From: Actinobacteria bacterium HGW-Actinobacteria-7
GTDB lineage: Bacteria > Actinomycetota > Coriobacteriia > Anaerosomatales > PHET01
NCBI GenBank assembly: GCA_002841275.1
Contig: PHET01000004.1
Span: forward strand, 87,289 to 151,288
Reading direction: 5' to 3'
Length of the DNA: 64,000 nucleotides
In this document: positions 1 to 9,461 of the stretch, in pieces
How the letters are laid out: each line of letters starts with the position of its first letter
How positions within the stretch are numbered: position 1 is the first letter of the stretch
Program-made: the position numbers and the translations under genes
The notes under the pieces: generated by a model
What the model was told of the DNA's origin: nothing
Database searches by the model: none
Seen by the model: the letters and a program-made list of their open reading frames with translations, nothing else

Positions 1-801
1 CGGGCGGTCGGTGATCATCGCATCGTAGCTATCGGCGACCGCGAGCACGCGCGCACCTAGCGGGATATCCTCGGCGGCGACACCGTGATAGCCGGAACCG
101 TCGTAGTACTCGTGATGGAAGCGCACGATGGGAAGCACTTCTTTGAGCATCCCGCCCATCGGTTCGAGCATCGATGAGCCTTTGGTCGTATGAGTCTTCA
201 TGTGGTTCCACTCCTCAGGGGTGAGCGCGCTTGCCTTCGTGAGTACCCCGAGGTTGATGTCCAGTTTGCCAATGTCATGAAGCAGTCCGGCGACTCGGAT
301 ATCCTCGGCGTCGGCCTCGCTCATCCCCATGCTCAACGCAATCTTCTTGCCTAGCACCGAAACACGCACCGAATGGTCCTGCGTGTAGTCGTCAACCGCG
401 TCGATGAACTTCGCGACGATTTCCAGGATGCCCTCGTATGCTTGCTGAAGGTCCCTGGCCGACTGGGTCTTCAGGTCGTAGAGGGTGCCAACGACATATG
501 CGGTCACAATCAGGAATGCACCCCAGAGGAAGATGTTCAGACCGGGTATGGCGACACTTCCACTGAACAGGTCAGGGCTGATCACCGCATACAGCCCGAT
601 GAGAAGCACCGCCACGACACCCGCGAGGACGCCTCGACGCCGGCCAAGGAAGTAGGCCGCCAAGAGCACTGGAATGTAGAAGAAGTTGAGGAATGCGAGC
701 TTGTTGCTGGCGATCAGCACCGTGTAGGCGGCACCCATCGTTAGCACTGCAACGAGAACGATCTCGAAGTTGTCGAATAACACCCGCTTTACGCGCTCCA
801 T
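1..801 (-). CDS. Membrane-anchored HD-GYP domain phosphodiesterase (3' end runs off the window)
   Basis: Translated by hand from ATG 801 (MERVKRVLFDNFEIVLVAV...). N-terminal hydrophobic helices, then AGLLHDIGKLD, HHEYYDGSGYHG and LAVADSYDAMITDRP. Absent from the ORF track because there is no stop inside the window. Confidence 0.88.
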   Translation of the reverse strand, partial: MERVKRVLFDNFEIVLVAVLTMGAAYTVLIASNKLAFLNFFYIPVLLAAYFLGRRRGVLAGVVAVLLIGLYAVISPDLFSGSVAIPGLNIFLWGAFLIVTAYVVGTLYDLKTQSARDLQQAYEGILEIVAKFIDAVDDYTQDHSVRVSVLGKKIALSMGMSEADAEDIRVAGLLHDIGKLDINLGVLTKASALTPEEWNHMKTHTTKGSSMLEPMGGMLKEVLPIVRFHHEYYDGSGYHGVAAEDIPLGARVLAVADSYDAMITDRP

Positions 802-876
802 CGTTGGTTCCCCTCGGCCACGTCCGGCGACCAAACCCCCAGCGATCATCGGCCGCTACTTATGAATCCTCGTCTT

Positions 877-904
877 GTATCGGTAGCGTCTCGCAGAAAC
901 ATGA
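877..904 (-). promoter_or_regulatory. Putative sigma28 (FliA/WhiG-type) promoter for the HD-GYP gene
   Basis: Minus strand TCATG-N15-ACCGATAC, similar to TAAA-N15-GCCGATAA. Same geometry as the site at 39401-39428. Confidence 0.45.
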
Positions 905-926
905 GCGAGCCTGAAGCGCCGAGCGC

Positions 927-1487
927 CTAGAGTCGCCGTGTCGCTACGCCAAGCGCCTCGGCCGCCTCGCCGATACTTGCCGCTCCCACTGTCTCTGCGC
1001 ACACGAGAGCGACGCGCGCGCACGCCTGGGCGTCACTCGCCGCGTCGTGGTGCATCAGCCGGATACCGCAGTGGTCGCACACCGTGTCCAGTTTATGGTT
1101 GCCCAGGTCCGGCAATGCCTTGCGGGCGAGATTCACCGTACAGGCGTATTCGTATCGCGGTGCATTGAGGTCCCGGCTGTCGATGAGCGCGCCTAGGACT
1201 CGCATGTCGAACGCCGCGTTGTGCGCGAGCAGCCGTCGCCCCGCCAGTTGCGGGCCGATCTCCCACCACAGCTCCTCGAAGTCTGGAGCGTGCTCCGTAT
1301 CCTCGGGAGTGATGCCGTGGATGAGCGTGTTGCGATACTCGTACTCGTTGAACGGCGGGCGAATCAGCCAACTTACCGTCTCGACGATCTCGAGCCCATC
1401 GATCAGGGCGATGCCCAGGGCGCAGGCACTGGTTGCCTCACGCGAGGCGGTTTCGAAGTCGATGGCGACCCAGAGGTCGTGGGGCAT
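927..1487 (-). CDS. DEDDh 3'-5' exonuclease (DnaQ/Pol III epsilon-like)
   Basis: AIDFETA, AHNAAFD and HHDAASDA motifs. Start moved to MPHDLW (ATG 1487). Confidence 0.88.
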   Translation of the reverse strand: MPHDLWVAIDFETASREATSACALGIALIDGLEIVETVSWLIRPPFNEYEYRNTLIHGITPEDTEHAPDFEELWWEIGPQLAGRRLLAHNAAFDMRVLGALIDSRDLNAPRYEYACTVNLARKALPDLGNHKLDTVCDHCGIRLMHHDAASDAQACARVALVCAETVGAASIGEAAEALGVATRRL

Positions 1488-1546
1488 ACGGGTTCCTCGG
1501 CGATTCTGAGAGCGTGCGGGCGCGGACCATTCTACGCCGCGCGCCC

Positions 1547-2161
1547 CTATTCGCTCAGAAGCGCGACTACCTCCGCGTCTTCTGTCTGGCTGAAGTCGTT
1601 GTAGAACTGGCCCACGGCCGAGAACCACGCCGGTACCTCGACCGCCACCACCTCGTCCACATGGCTCGACATGGTCGCCAGAGTGTTTGGAGGGGCCACC
1701 GGCACCGCAACGACGACTCGAGACGCACCCTCGCGTGCAAGCCAGTCGGCTGCGGCCATCGCGGTCAGACCGGTCGCCAGGCCATCGTCGACCAGAATCG
1801 CGGTGCGACCCTGCAGATCCAGCGGCGTACGTCCCGCCCTGAAGGTCGCGATTTCGTGCCGGATCTTGCTCAGTGCCACACCTGAGAGCCTGCCTACTTC
1901 CTCGGGAGACAAGCCCGCGGCAGGGTTGGGCAGGACAACACCATCAGGGGCGACCGCGCCCACGGCATACTCGGGGTGATCTGGCGCGCCCACCTTGGCG
2001 GCCGCAACGATGTCGAGCGGCAAATCGAGTGCTCGGGCGACCTCCGCTGCAACAACAACGCCTCCACGGGGTATACCTAACACGATTGCGCCGTCAGCTC
2101 GGTGGTAGGACTTGAGCTGCGCGGCGAGTCTCTGCCCGGCTTCCTTGCGGTTTGCGAACAC
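1547..2161 (-). CDS. Phosphoribosyltransferase family protein
   Basis: LGIPRGG and ILVDDGLATG PRPP-binding motif; AVGQFY...FSQTED C-terminus. Confidence 0.85.
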   Translation of the reverse strand: MFANRKEAGQRLAAQLKSYHRADGAIVLGIPRGGVVVAAEVARALDLPLDIVAAAKVGAPDHPEYAVGAVAPDGVVLPNPAAGLSPEEVGRLSGVALSKIRHEIATFRAGRTPLDLQGRTAILVDDGLATGLTAMAAADWLAREGASRVVVAVPVAPPNTLATMSSHVDEVVAVEVPAWFSAVGQFYNDFSQTEDAEVVALLSE

Positions 2162-2203
2162 GACACATCACCTCTCGAGATGATGTGTTCCACTCACGCG
2201 CAG

Positions 2204-2232
2204 GTGCCAAGCGGGACGATGGCGAATAGAAT
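2204..2232 (+). promoter_or_regulatory. Putative housekeeping sigma promoter of the cco operon
   Basis: GTGCCA-N17-TAGAAT; strong SD (AGGAGG) before ATG 2292. Confidence 0.4.
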
Positions 2233-2291
2233 GACGGAGAGGGAGCGCCGCCGGCCACGGTCGCGTGCAAAACAATTAGGTAGGAGGGGCT

Positions 2292-3719
2292 ATGGCAGAC
2301 GCTGTCGAGACGCGCACCTCAGGGGATCGCGCCGCGAAGCTGTTCATGCTGTCCGCGGTGGGGTGGCTACTCTTCGGAGTGACCTTGGGGCTTATCCAGG
2401 CATTGGAGTTCATCGCGCCCGACTTCCTGGCCGGTATCCCGTGGCTGGTCTTCCCGCGAATCCGCCAGGCGCACGTCAACGGGCTGGCCTTTGGCTGGCT
2501 ATCGATGGCGATGATGGGTGGCTGGTACTACATCGTTCCGCGCCTCACGCGCACCAAACTCTACTCACAGACTCTGGCGCTGGTCACCGGCTGGCTGTGG
2601 AACGTGGCCCTGGCGATCGGCGTCGTTGGCGTCACGCTGGGATGGACCCAGGCCCGCGAGTACGCCGAGCTGGCTTGGCCGGTCGACATCGGCATCGTCG
2701 TCCTGCTTCTGCTCACAGGCTTCAATATCTTCATGACCATCGCCCGCCGAGAAGAGAAGGATCTCTACGTCTCTCTGTGGTACATCATGGGCACGCTCAT
2801 CTGGTTCCCCATCGTGTTCTCGATCGGAAACGTCATCTGGGCACCACCCACCGGCGCTCTGGCTGGTCTCAACGATGCGATCTGGGGCTGGTTCTACGGC
2901 CACAACATCCTCGGACTCTGGTTCACAACAGGATCGATCCCGATTCTGTACTTCATAGTCCCCAAGGAGGTGAAGCGCCCGCTGTATGGCTACAAGCTCG
3001 CGCTCATCGCCTTCTGGTTCCTCGCGTTCTTCTACTCGGCAGTCGGTACGCACCACATCCTGCAAGCGCCGGTGCCCGAATGGCTCAAGACCATCTCGGT
3101 CATCACGTCGATCGGGCTGCTGATTCCCGTCGCGGCGTTCGTGGTGAACATCTTCATGACGATGCGTGGCTCGTGGCGAGTGGCGTTCTACTCGATTCCA
3201 CTGCGGTTCGCACTGACCGGCGCGTTCTGGTACTTGGCGGTCAGTTTTCAGGGTTCACTTCAGGCGTTGCGCGGGCTGAACCAATACGTGCACTTCACCA
3301 ACTGGAGCGTGGCGCACGCACACCTCGCGTTGCTCGGCTTCGTGGCCTTCTCCATGTGGGGCGGTGTCTACTACATGATGCCGCGCATCACCGGTAACCC
3401 CCTGTACTCCGAGCGGCTGGGCTGGACCCACTGGTGGCTGACGACCTTCGGGTTCATCGGCTTCTTCCTCGTGCTGACAGCCGCTGGTCTGGTACAAGCG
3501 GCCGGGTTCTCGCGTGGGATTCCCATCATTCAGATACTGCCGGGCATCGAGCCTCTTTTCATCGGCCGAGCAGCCACAGGCACGATCATCATCTTCGGGC
3601 AGTACCTCTTCGCCTACAACATCATCCGCACGCTGAGAGGTAACCGCGCCACCAGTGAAGTCCCCGAAGTGTCCGCTGCCGATAAGCCCGCGGCATCCGC
3701 CGCGTCGGCGACGGCGTAG
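2292..3719 (+). CDS. ccoN: cbb3-type cytochrome c oxidase catalytic subunit I
   Basis: About 12 TM helices. Six His ligands in QAHVNG, WFYGHN, GTHH and AHAH. Helix VII Tyr (FFYSAVGTHH) is typical of the C-family. Confidence 0.92.
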   Translation: MADAVETRTSGDRAAKLFMLSAVGWLLFGVTLGLIQALEFIAPDFLAGIPWLVFPRIRQAHVNGLAFGWLSMAMMGGWYYIVPRLTRTKLYSQTLALVTGWLWNVALAIGVVGVTLGWTQAREYAELAWPVDIGIVVLLLLTGFNIFMTIARREEKDLYVSLWYIMGTLIWFPIVFSIGNVIWAPPTGALAGLNDAIWGWFYGHNILGLWFTTGSIPILYFIVPKEVKRPLYGYKLALIAFWFLAFFYSAVGTHHILQAPVPEWLKTISVITSIGLLIPVAAFVVNIFMTMRGSWRVAFYSIPLRFALTGAFWYLAVSFQGSLQALRGLNQYVHFTNWSVAHAHLALLGFVAFSMWGGVYYMMPRITGNPLYSERLGWTHWWLTTFGFIGFFLVLTAAGLVQAAGFSRGIPIIQILPGIEPLFIGRAATGTIIIFGQYLFAYNIIRTLRGNRATSEVPEVSAADKPAASAASATA

Positions 3720-3733
3720 AAGGGAGTCCGAAG

Positions 3734-5611
3734 ATGCACATGTCACCTCGCACAATCATCATCGGCGGGCTCGCCGTGGTTCTCTCGGTAGTCGCCGTGG
3801 TCGTGTTCCTGCCGTTCGCTGTGTTCCGGCCAACACCCACGGTCACCACGCTGAAGTACACCGCACTCGAACAAGAAGGTCTCGAGCTCTACAAGTCCAA
3901 CGGATGTATGTACTGCCACAGCCAGTTCACTCGCCCCCACGATCACAACACGTCGCGGGTGAGCGTCGCTGGTGAGTATGTCTACGACCAGCCGCACCAG
4001 CTGGGAACACTTCGCACCGGACCGGACCTCGCGAACATCGGATTCAAGCGGGGCGACCGCTGGGAGATGGATCACCTGCTCAACCCGCGCAAATACACTC
4101 CGAACTCGATCATGCCCGCCTTCAGCTACTTGAGCGAGCATCAGCTCGAGGCCCTGGTCGCCTACCTCAATCGCAAGGGCAACAAGCGAAACGCCTCGAC
4201 GGACCTCATGATTCCCGCCGAGTATGACGACGTGAAGCAGCCGCTCGAACTGAGCATCGAGACATGGAACGCAGGCCGCAAGATCTACGCGGAGCGGTGC
4301 CTGACCTGTCACGGATGCGCGGGCAAGGGCGACGGCCCCTACGCCTACATCAATAACGCCAGACCCGCCGACCTGCGGCAACCGCGGTTCAAGGGCCTGG
4401 ATGCCAACTTCTTCTTCTGGCGACTTCGCGAGGGCGTGCCCGGTACCGTCATGCCTCAGTGGGAGGAATCGCTTTCGACCACCGAGATCTGGCAGGTCAT
4501 CGCCTTCATCCAGGGCGGGTTCATGGACATGGTGCCGCACTTCACCGACGAAGGTGACCTGCCGGCGGACTATGCCAAACTCACAGACCCGCTCAAGCGC
4601 GACGATGCGAACCTCGACGCGGGCAAAGCGATCTTCAACATGAACTGCGCGTTCTGCCACGGGTATGGCGGCATGGGAGACGGCCCGGACGCTGCCGGCC
4701 TCGCGCCCGCGCCGCCCAACTTCCACGACACCGCAACCTACGCGGAATGGACGGCGCCGGACTACTTCTGGCGCATCAGCGAGTCGATTCCCATGCGCGC
4801 GATGCCCCAGTGGAAGTACGTACTCGACGAGAAGCAGCGCTGGCTCGTGAGCAACTACGTCCGAGACGTACTCATCTTCCCGCCTGCGGAGGCCGAGCCC
4901 GTCGATCCGACGATACCGACTGCAGTCGAAGCCATGACGATGCCCAAGGGCGCCGACATCATGAAGGGTCGCGAGGTCTATCTGAAGCGGTGCTTCACCT
5001 GTCACGGCGATGCCGGCCAGGGGGAAGGTCCCTCCTCGGTGGTACTGCGTCCGACACCCGCCAACTTCACCGACCCGGACGTGGACGAGATTCCCGATTT
5101 CGAGCTGTTCTGGAAGGTCACGATGGGGCTGAGCAACTCAGCCATGCCGCAGTGGGGCCTGCTCCTGTCCGAGCAAGACCGCTGGAACGCCCTGCTCTAT
5201 GTGAAGAAGACCTTCGTCGCCCCGAGCGAGCCCCAAGACGTCAGCGATGAGCTGCCCGTCGCCTACCAAGCGCTCGAGCCGACCGTCGAGGACACGACAA
5301 GCGCTCGGGCGGCTGGGAAGCTCGCTTACGAGGCCTTCTGCTCGGAGTGCCACGGCCCCAAGGGGCTGGGCGACGGCCCGTATGGACCCGCGCTCATGCC
5401 GACGCCCGCCAACCTCGCCGAGGACCCGGCGTCAGTCTCCCCCGCCGAGTGGTGGTACTGGCGCCTCGACCAGGGCGTCGTGGGCTTCGACGGCAAGACA
5501 CCTCATCCCACCGCGATGCCCGCGTGGCGCTTCATCCTCACCGATGAGCAGAAATGGGACATCATCTTCTACGCCCGCGATCTCGTGGGTGCCAAGGATG
5601 GTGCTCAGTAA
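3734..5611 (+). CDS. ccoO: cbb3-type oxidase subunit II fused to four additional class-I cytochrome c domains (pentaheme)
   Basis: N-terminal TM helix; CcoO signatures GCMYCHSQFTRP, RTGPDL and SIMP; then CLTCH, CAFCH, CFTCH and CSECH, each followed by a distal MP.W motif. Confidence 0.88.
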   Translation: MHMSPRTIIIGGLAVVLSVVAVVVFLPFAVFRPTPTVTTLKYTALEQEGLELYKSNGCMYCHSQFTRPHDHNTSRVSVAGEYVYDQPHQLGTLRTGPDLANIGFKRGDRWEMDHLLNPRKYTPNSIMPAFSYLSEHQLEALVAYLNRKGNKRNASTDLMIPAEYDDVKQPLELSIETWNAGRKIYAERCLTCHGCAGKGDGPYAYINNARPADLRQPRFKGLDANFFFWRLREGVPGTVMPQWEESLSTTEIWQVIAFIQGGFMDMVPHFTDEGDLPADYAKLTDPLKRDDANLDAGKAIFNMNCAFCHGYGGMGDGPDAAGLAPAPPNFHDTATYAEWTAPDYFWRISESIPMRAMPQWKYVLDEKQRWLVSNYVRDVLIFPPAEAEPVDPTIPTAVEAMTMPKGADIMKGREVYLKRCFTCHGDAGQGEGPSSVVLRPTPANFTDPDVDEIPDFELFWKVTMGLSNSAMPQWGLLLSEQDRWNALLYVKKTFVAPSEPQDVSDELPVAYQALEPTVEDTTSARAAGKLAYEAFCSECHGPKGLGDGPYGPALMPTPANLAEDPASVSPAEWWYWRLDQGVVGFDGKTPHPTAMPAWRFILTDEQKWDIIFYARDLVGAKDGAQ

Positions 5612-5793
5612 TGGATCTCGCCGTCTACATGATCATCGCCACATGTACGGTCTTCGCGACGATCGCAGCGGTGACGCTGGCCTGGTCGTTCGCGGCCGGC
5701 CAGTGGCGCGACCTCGAGCACAATGCGAACATCGTCCTGGCCGATGACGACCCGTATCCGGGCACGCGCCCGGCACATCCGAACGGAGCGTGA
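5611..5793 (+). CDS. ccoS: cbb3 oxidase maturation protein CcoS
   Basis: 60 aa, one TM helix followed by W...GQWRDLE...I.ADD (CcoS pattern WA...GQFDDLE). Coupled to ccoO by TAATG overlap. Confidence 0.8.
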   Translation: MDLAVYMIIATCTVFATIAAVTLAWSFAAGQWRDLEHNANIVLADDDPYPGTRPAHPNGA

Positions 5794-5799
5794 TCACGC

Positions 5800-6120
5800 A
5801 TGCCCGCACAGCAGACCGGCGCGATCTGGTGGGCCCTGGGCGTGGGTGCCGGGTTCATCGTCGTCATCTACTTCCTCATAAGCTCTGCGTGGTTTCGCAA
5901 GGCGACAAACGACGCGGTTCCCGTGTCCGATGAACTGCCCGAACCGACCCAGCCCATCCACGAATACCCTGAAGGGCTGGCCGAGGCGCATGGGAAAGTG
6001 CCGGTGGTGCTTAAGATCCTCATCGGCAGCTTCCTCGTCTTTCTGGTCTACTACGTCGCGCAGTTCCTGATTGCCATGAACGGCACGCTGGGTACTTTCG
6101 ACCGATACCTGACCAAGTAG
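5800..6120 (+). CDS. Small two-TM protein resembling the heme-less N-terminal anchor of CcoP
   Basis: Two TM helices joined by IHEYPEGLAEAHGKVP, similar to CcoP/FixP N-terminal GHEYDGIEEYDNPLP. No CxxCH. Confidence 0.6.
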   Translation: MPAQQTGAIWWALGVGAGFIVVIYFLISSAWFRKATNDAVPVSDELPEPTQPIHEYPEGLAEAHGKVPVVLKILIGSFLVFLVYYVAQFLIAMNGTLGTFDRYLTK

Positions 6121-6131
6121 CGAGGCAGCTC

Positions 6132-6893
6132 ATGGATATGGGTGCCAGCGGCCAGATGGCCGGACTTGCGAGCGCCGGCCTCTGGGCGGTGTTCCTGCTC
6201 GGACTCACGGGCGGGTTCGGACACTGTTTGCTCATGTGCGGTCCGCTTGTCTCGGCAGCCTCACTTGCCGAGGGATGCGGCGTGCGCGGAGCCGCTGGCG
6301 CTGAGCGCAAAGCGTTGCGCTTCCAGGTGGGCTACCACACAGGACGGCTCATCACGTACGTGCTCATTGGAGCGGTGCTGGGGCTACTGGGCGACGCAGG
6401 TGCTCTCACCGGGCTGGAGTCCGCGGCGCGCGTCGGCCCACTCTCTCTGTGGGTGAAGGTGATCGCCGGCCTGCTGACGCTCGCCGCTGGCGTGGCGCTT
6501 CTGATCGGCTCGCTACGTGGCCGCGGCGTGAAACTGCCCGAACCCACGCGTGCGATTGCCGGCTCCCGCTGGTTCTCGGCTGCCGTGTCATCACTGCTCG
6601 AGCGCGGGCCCCGCTGGGGCCTCGGTCTTGGCATGTTGATGGGGCTGCTCCCGTGTATGCCCCTGCTTCCGGTCGAGCTCACCGCGCTGGCCTCCGGCAA
6701 GCCTCTGTGGGGCATGCTGATCATGCTGGCCTTCGGTTTGGGCACCGTGCCTGCACTTGCGGGTTTCGGCGTCGCCAGCGGGCTTGTAGGAGCCCGAGCG
6801 AGGGGTGCTGCTGTGCTGGCATCAAGCGTTCTGGTCATCGCACTCGGCGCCATTGTGACCTGGCAAGGGTTCGCACTGGCGTTGGGCGCCTGA
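6132..6893 (+). CDS. Sulfite exporter TauE/SafE (DsbD_2) family membrane protein, cbb3 assembly-associated
   Basis: GHCLLMCGP, YHTGRLITY, GLLPC and AFGLGTVP motifs; located in the cco cluster. Confidence 0.8.
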   Translation: MDMGASGQMAGLASAGLWAVFLLGLTGGFGHCLLMCGPLVSAASLAEGCGVRGAAGAERKALRFQVGYHTGRLITYVLIGAVLGLLGDAGALTGLESAARVGPLSLWVKVIAGLLTLAAGVALLIGSLRGRGVKLPEPTRAIAGSRWFSAAVSSLLERGPRWGLGLGMLMGLLPCMPLLPVELTALASGKPLWGMLIMLAFGLGTVPALAGFGVASGLVGARARGAAVLASSVLVIALGAIVTWQGFALALGA

Positions 6894-6899
6894 GCGATC

Positions 6900-9374
6900 G
6901 TGTGCGCCCAAGCGACGCCTCGCGAGAACAGTCCTGACGAATGCGACCTGTGTGGGCTGCCGTTGCTGGGTCGCCCGCTGCGCTCCGGCGACCAGGTCTT
7001 CTGCTGTGAGGGCTGCAAGCGCGTCTGGACCGCCGCGGGCGACAACGGCTTCGCCGAGCTGCTGAGCGCGCCCCGAGACCGAGCCGCCCGTACGGCCAGC
7101 GCGTCTTCTCGGAAGGCCGCTGCGGCGGCGGCTGCAGGGGCCCGCCGCGAGACGCTTCAGATCGGCGGCATGTGGTGCTCGTCGTGTGCGCTGGTGCTGG
7201 AGGACGCACTCTTGGGCGTGGATGGAGTTCTGGATGCCGAGGTGAGCTACGCCGCCTCACTTGCCCGCGTCACCTGGGATCCCGAGCGGACCGATCAGAT
7301 CTCCGTGGTGGGTCGGGTGGACCTGCTGGGTTATCAGGCGCGTCCGGCCCGCTTGGCCGAGTCGACCTCTCGCGACGCTGAAGACGCGTTCTTGCGCTTC
7401 TTTGTTGGTGTCGCGGTGGGAATGTGGGCGGTCTGGCCGACGCTCTTCCTCCTGTACCCTGCCTTCGTTCGCGGTCAGTACGCGTCGGTCCAGCGTGTCG
7501 AAGTCCTCACCGGGGTGTTCGCCTTGGTGGTTCTGCTCTACACGGGATGGCCGTTTCTCGCCGGAGCGTGGCGCGCTGCCCGCGTGGGGCGCGCAACGAT
7601 GGACACGCTCGTCGTACTGGGCACCTGGACCGCATGGGTCTTCAGTGCGTGGGCCACATGGAGTTCATCGGCTCCCACGTATTTCGAAAGCGTCGCGATG
7701 ATCCCAACGATCGTGATGCTGGGTCGCTGGATCGAAGCGCTCGGCCAGCGCGACGCGACGCGCTCACTGGTAGCACTGGCCCAGACCGAAGCCGCCCAAG
7801 ACGCCTGGGTGGTGCGCGCCGCGAATGCTCTGGACGAGACACAGCGCGTGCCACTCGAAACGGTGACGGTTGGAATGCTTGTGGCCGTGCGCGCCGGTGA
7901 ACGTGTTCCTGTGGACGGCAGGATCGTGTCGGGCTCAAGCGAGCTCGATCTCTCACGACTGACGGGCGAGCCACTACCCGCGACAGTCGGCGTGAACGAT
8001 GAGGTGTGGGCCGGTTCGATCAATCTCGCCGGCACCGTGGTGATCCGCGTCGAGCGTGTGGGCGCCGAGACGCTCTCGGGACGGCTCGCTTCGATAGCGG
8101 AGGACGCCGTATTCGCGAAGTCCAACGTCCAGCGTCTCGTCGACCGGATCGCTGCGCTGTTCGTGCCTGTCGTGCTTGCGACCGCAGCCGTCACACTGCT
8201 GATCACGGGCTTCTCGGCTGGCATCGCGGTGGGCGTCAGCCGTGCGGTCGCGGTGCTGGTGGTCGCTTGCCCGTGCGCGCTCGGGCTCGCCACGCCGCTC
8301 GCCATTGCGAATGCGGTCGGTGCGGGTGCGCGCCAGGGGATACTGATTCGCGGAGGACTGGCGCTCGAGCGCGCGGGGATGCTGGCGCTCGTAGCGCTCG
8401 ACAAGACGGGGACCCTGACGCAGGGGCGCCCTGCGGTCACCCGCGTCCTGCCGACAGGCGACGGCCCCGACGCCGAAGACGAGCTGCTTGCGGTGGCCTC
8501 AGGCTTAGAGGCCGGAGAGACGCATCCGGTGGCCCGGGCGATACTCGAGGCGGCGCGCTCGCGTGACGTTACACCTCGGGCGCCATCGGCCGCCGAACGA
8601 ATCGCGGGCATGGGCATCTCCGGTGAGACGGACGGGCGTGTCGTGCTGGCCGGGAGCGAGCAGTTGCTCGCGCAGCACGGTCTGCATCCACCGGCCGCTC
8701 TGGCTGAGTCCGTGGCGCGAGAACGTACTGCGGGCCGCATCGCCATCTGGGTTGCATCTGACGGCCGCGTATTGGGTGCGCTCGTGCTCGCCGACCCCAT
8801 CAGATCTGAGGCGGCGCCGGTCATCGAACAGCTGGCGGCCCGCGGAGTGAGCGTCGCCGTCGTGAGCGGAGACTCGCAGGCCACGACCCAGTCGGTGGCC
8901 GATGAACTCGGAATCGCGAGCGCTTACGGCGAGGTGATGCCGCACGACAAGGAGCGCGTCGTGGCCGAGCTGGGTGCCGCACTCTCAGCAGATGCCCATT
9001 CCGACCGCGCACCGACCGTCGCGTTCGTGGGCGACGGCATCAACGATGCTGCTGCTCTCGCCGCTTCAGACCTCGCGGTGACGGTGGTTGATGCCAGCGA
9101 TGTCGCGCAGCTCGCAGCCGACGCGGTGCTACTCGACGCCGAGAGGCCCCTCGCCGCGCTTCCCGCGCTCGTGGACCTGTCGCGGGCGACCAGCCGGATC
9201 ATCACGCAGAACCTGGTGTGGGCGTTCGCCTACAACGCAGTGACAGTGCCGCTGGCGATACTCGGCCTGCTCTCGCCGATAGCCGCCGCCGTGGCGATGG
9301 CACTGTCGTCTCTGGCCGTGGTGGCCAACTCGTGGCGGCTGCAAGGCACGCCGACCACGGTGCGAACAAGGTGA
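6900..9374 (+). CDS. ccoI: P1B-type Cu-translocating ATPase, CcoI/FixI-like
   Basis: N-terminal CDLC...FCCEGC domain, HMA GMWCSSC, LTGEP, CPC, DKTGT, HP, GDGIND, YN and MALSS motifs. Confidence 0.88.
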   Translation: MCAQATPRENSPDECDLCGLPLLGRPLRSGDQVFCCEGCKRVWTAAGDNGFAELLSAPRDRAARTASASSRKAAAAAAAGARRETLQIGGMWCSSCALVLEDALLGVDGVLDAEVSYAASLARVTWDPERTDQISVVGRVDLLGYQARPARLAESTSRDAEDAFLRFFVGVAVGMWAVWPTLFLLYPAFVRGQYASVQRVEVLTGVFALVVLLYTGWPFLAGAWRAARVGRATMDTLVVLGTWTAWVFSAWATWSSSAPTYFESVAMIPTIVMLGRWIEALGQRDATRSLVALAQTEAAQDAWVVRAANALDETQRVPLETVTVGMLVAVRAGERVPVDGRIVSGSSELDLSRLTGEPLPATVGVNDEVWAGSINLAGTVVIRVERVGAETLSGRLASIAEDAVFAKSNVQRLVDRIAALFVPVVLATAAVTLLITGFSAGIAVGVSRAVAVLVVACPCALGLATPLAIANAVGAGARQGILIRGGLALERAGMLALVALDKTGTLTQGRPAVTRVLPTGDGPDAEDELLAVASGLEAGETHPVARAILEAARSRDVTPRAPSAAERIAGMGISGETDGRVVLAGSEQLLAQHGLHPPAALAESVARERTAGRIAIWVASDGRVLGALVLADPIRSEAAPVIEQLAARGVSVAVVSGDSQATTQSVADELGIASAYGEVMPHDKERVVAELGAALSADAHSDRAPTVAFVGDGINDAAALAASDLAVTVVDASDVAQLAADAVLLDAERPLAALPALVDLSRATSRIITQNLVWAFAYNAVTVPLAILGLLSPIAAAVAMALSSLAVVANSWRLQGTPTTVRTR

Positions 9375-9461
9375 GGTATGTTCGCACACACGCAACCCCA
9401 GATCATCTGCGGCATGCCCGCAGGGAGCCCGTAGCACAACAACGTCCGCACCGACGTCACC

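Noticed and set aside
2292..3719. Subunit I as a nitric oxide reductase
   Set aside because: It lacks the HLWVEG-type Glu motif, has GHN plus the helix VII Tyr, and is clustered with ccoS and ccoI.
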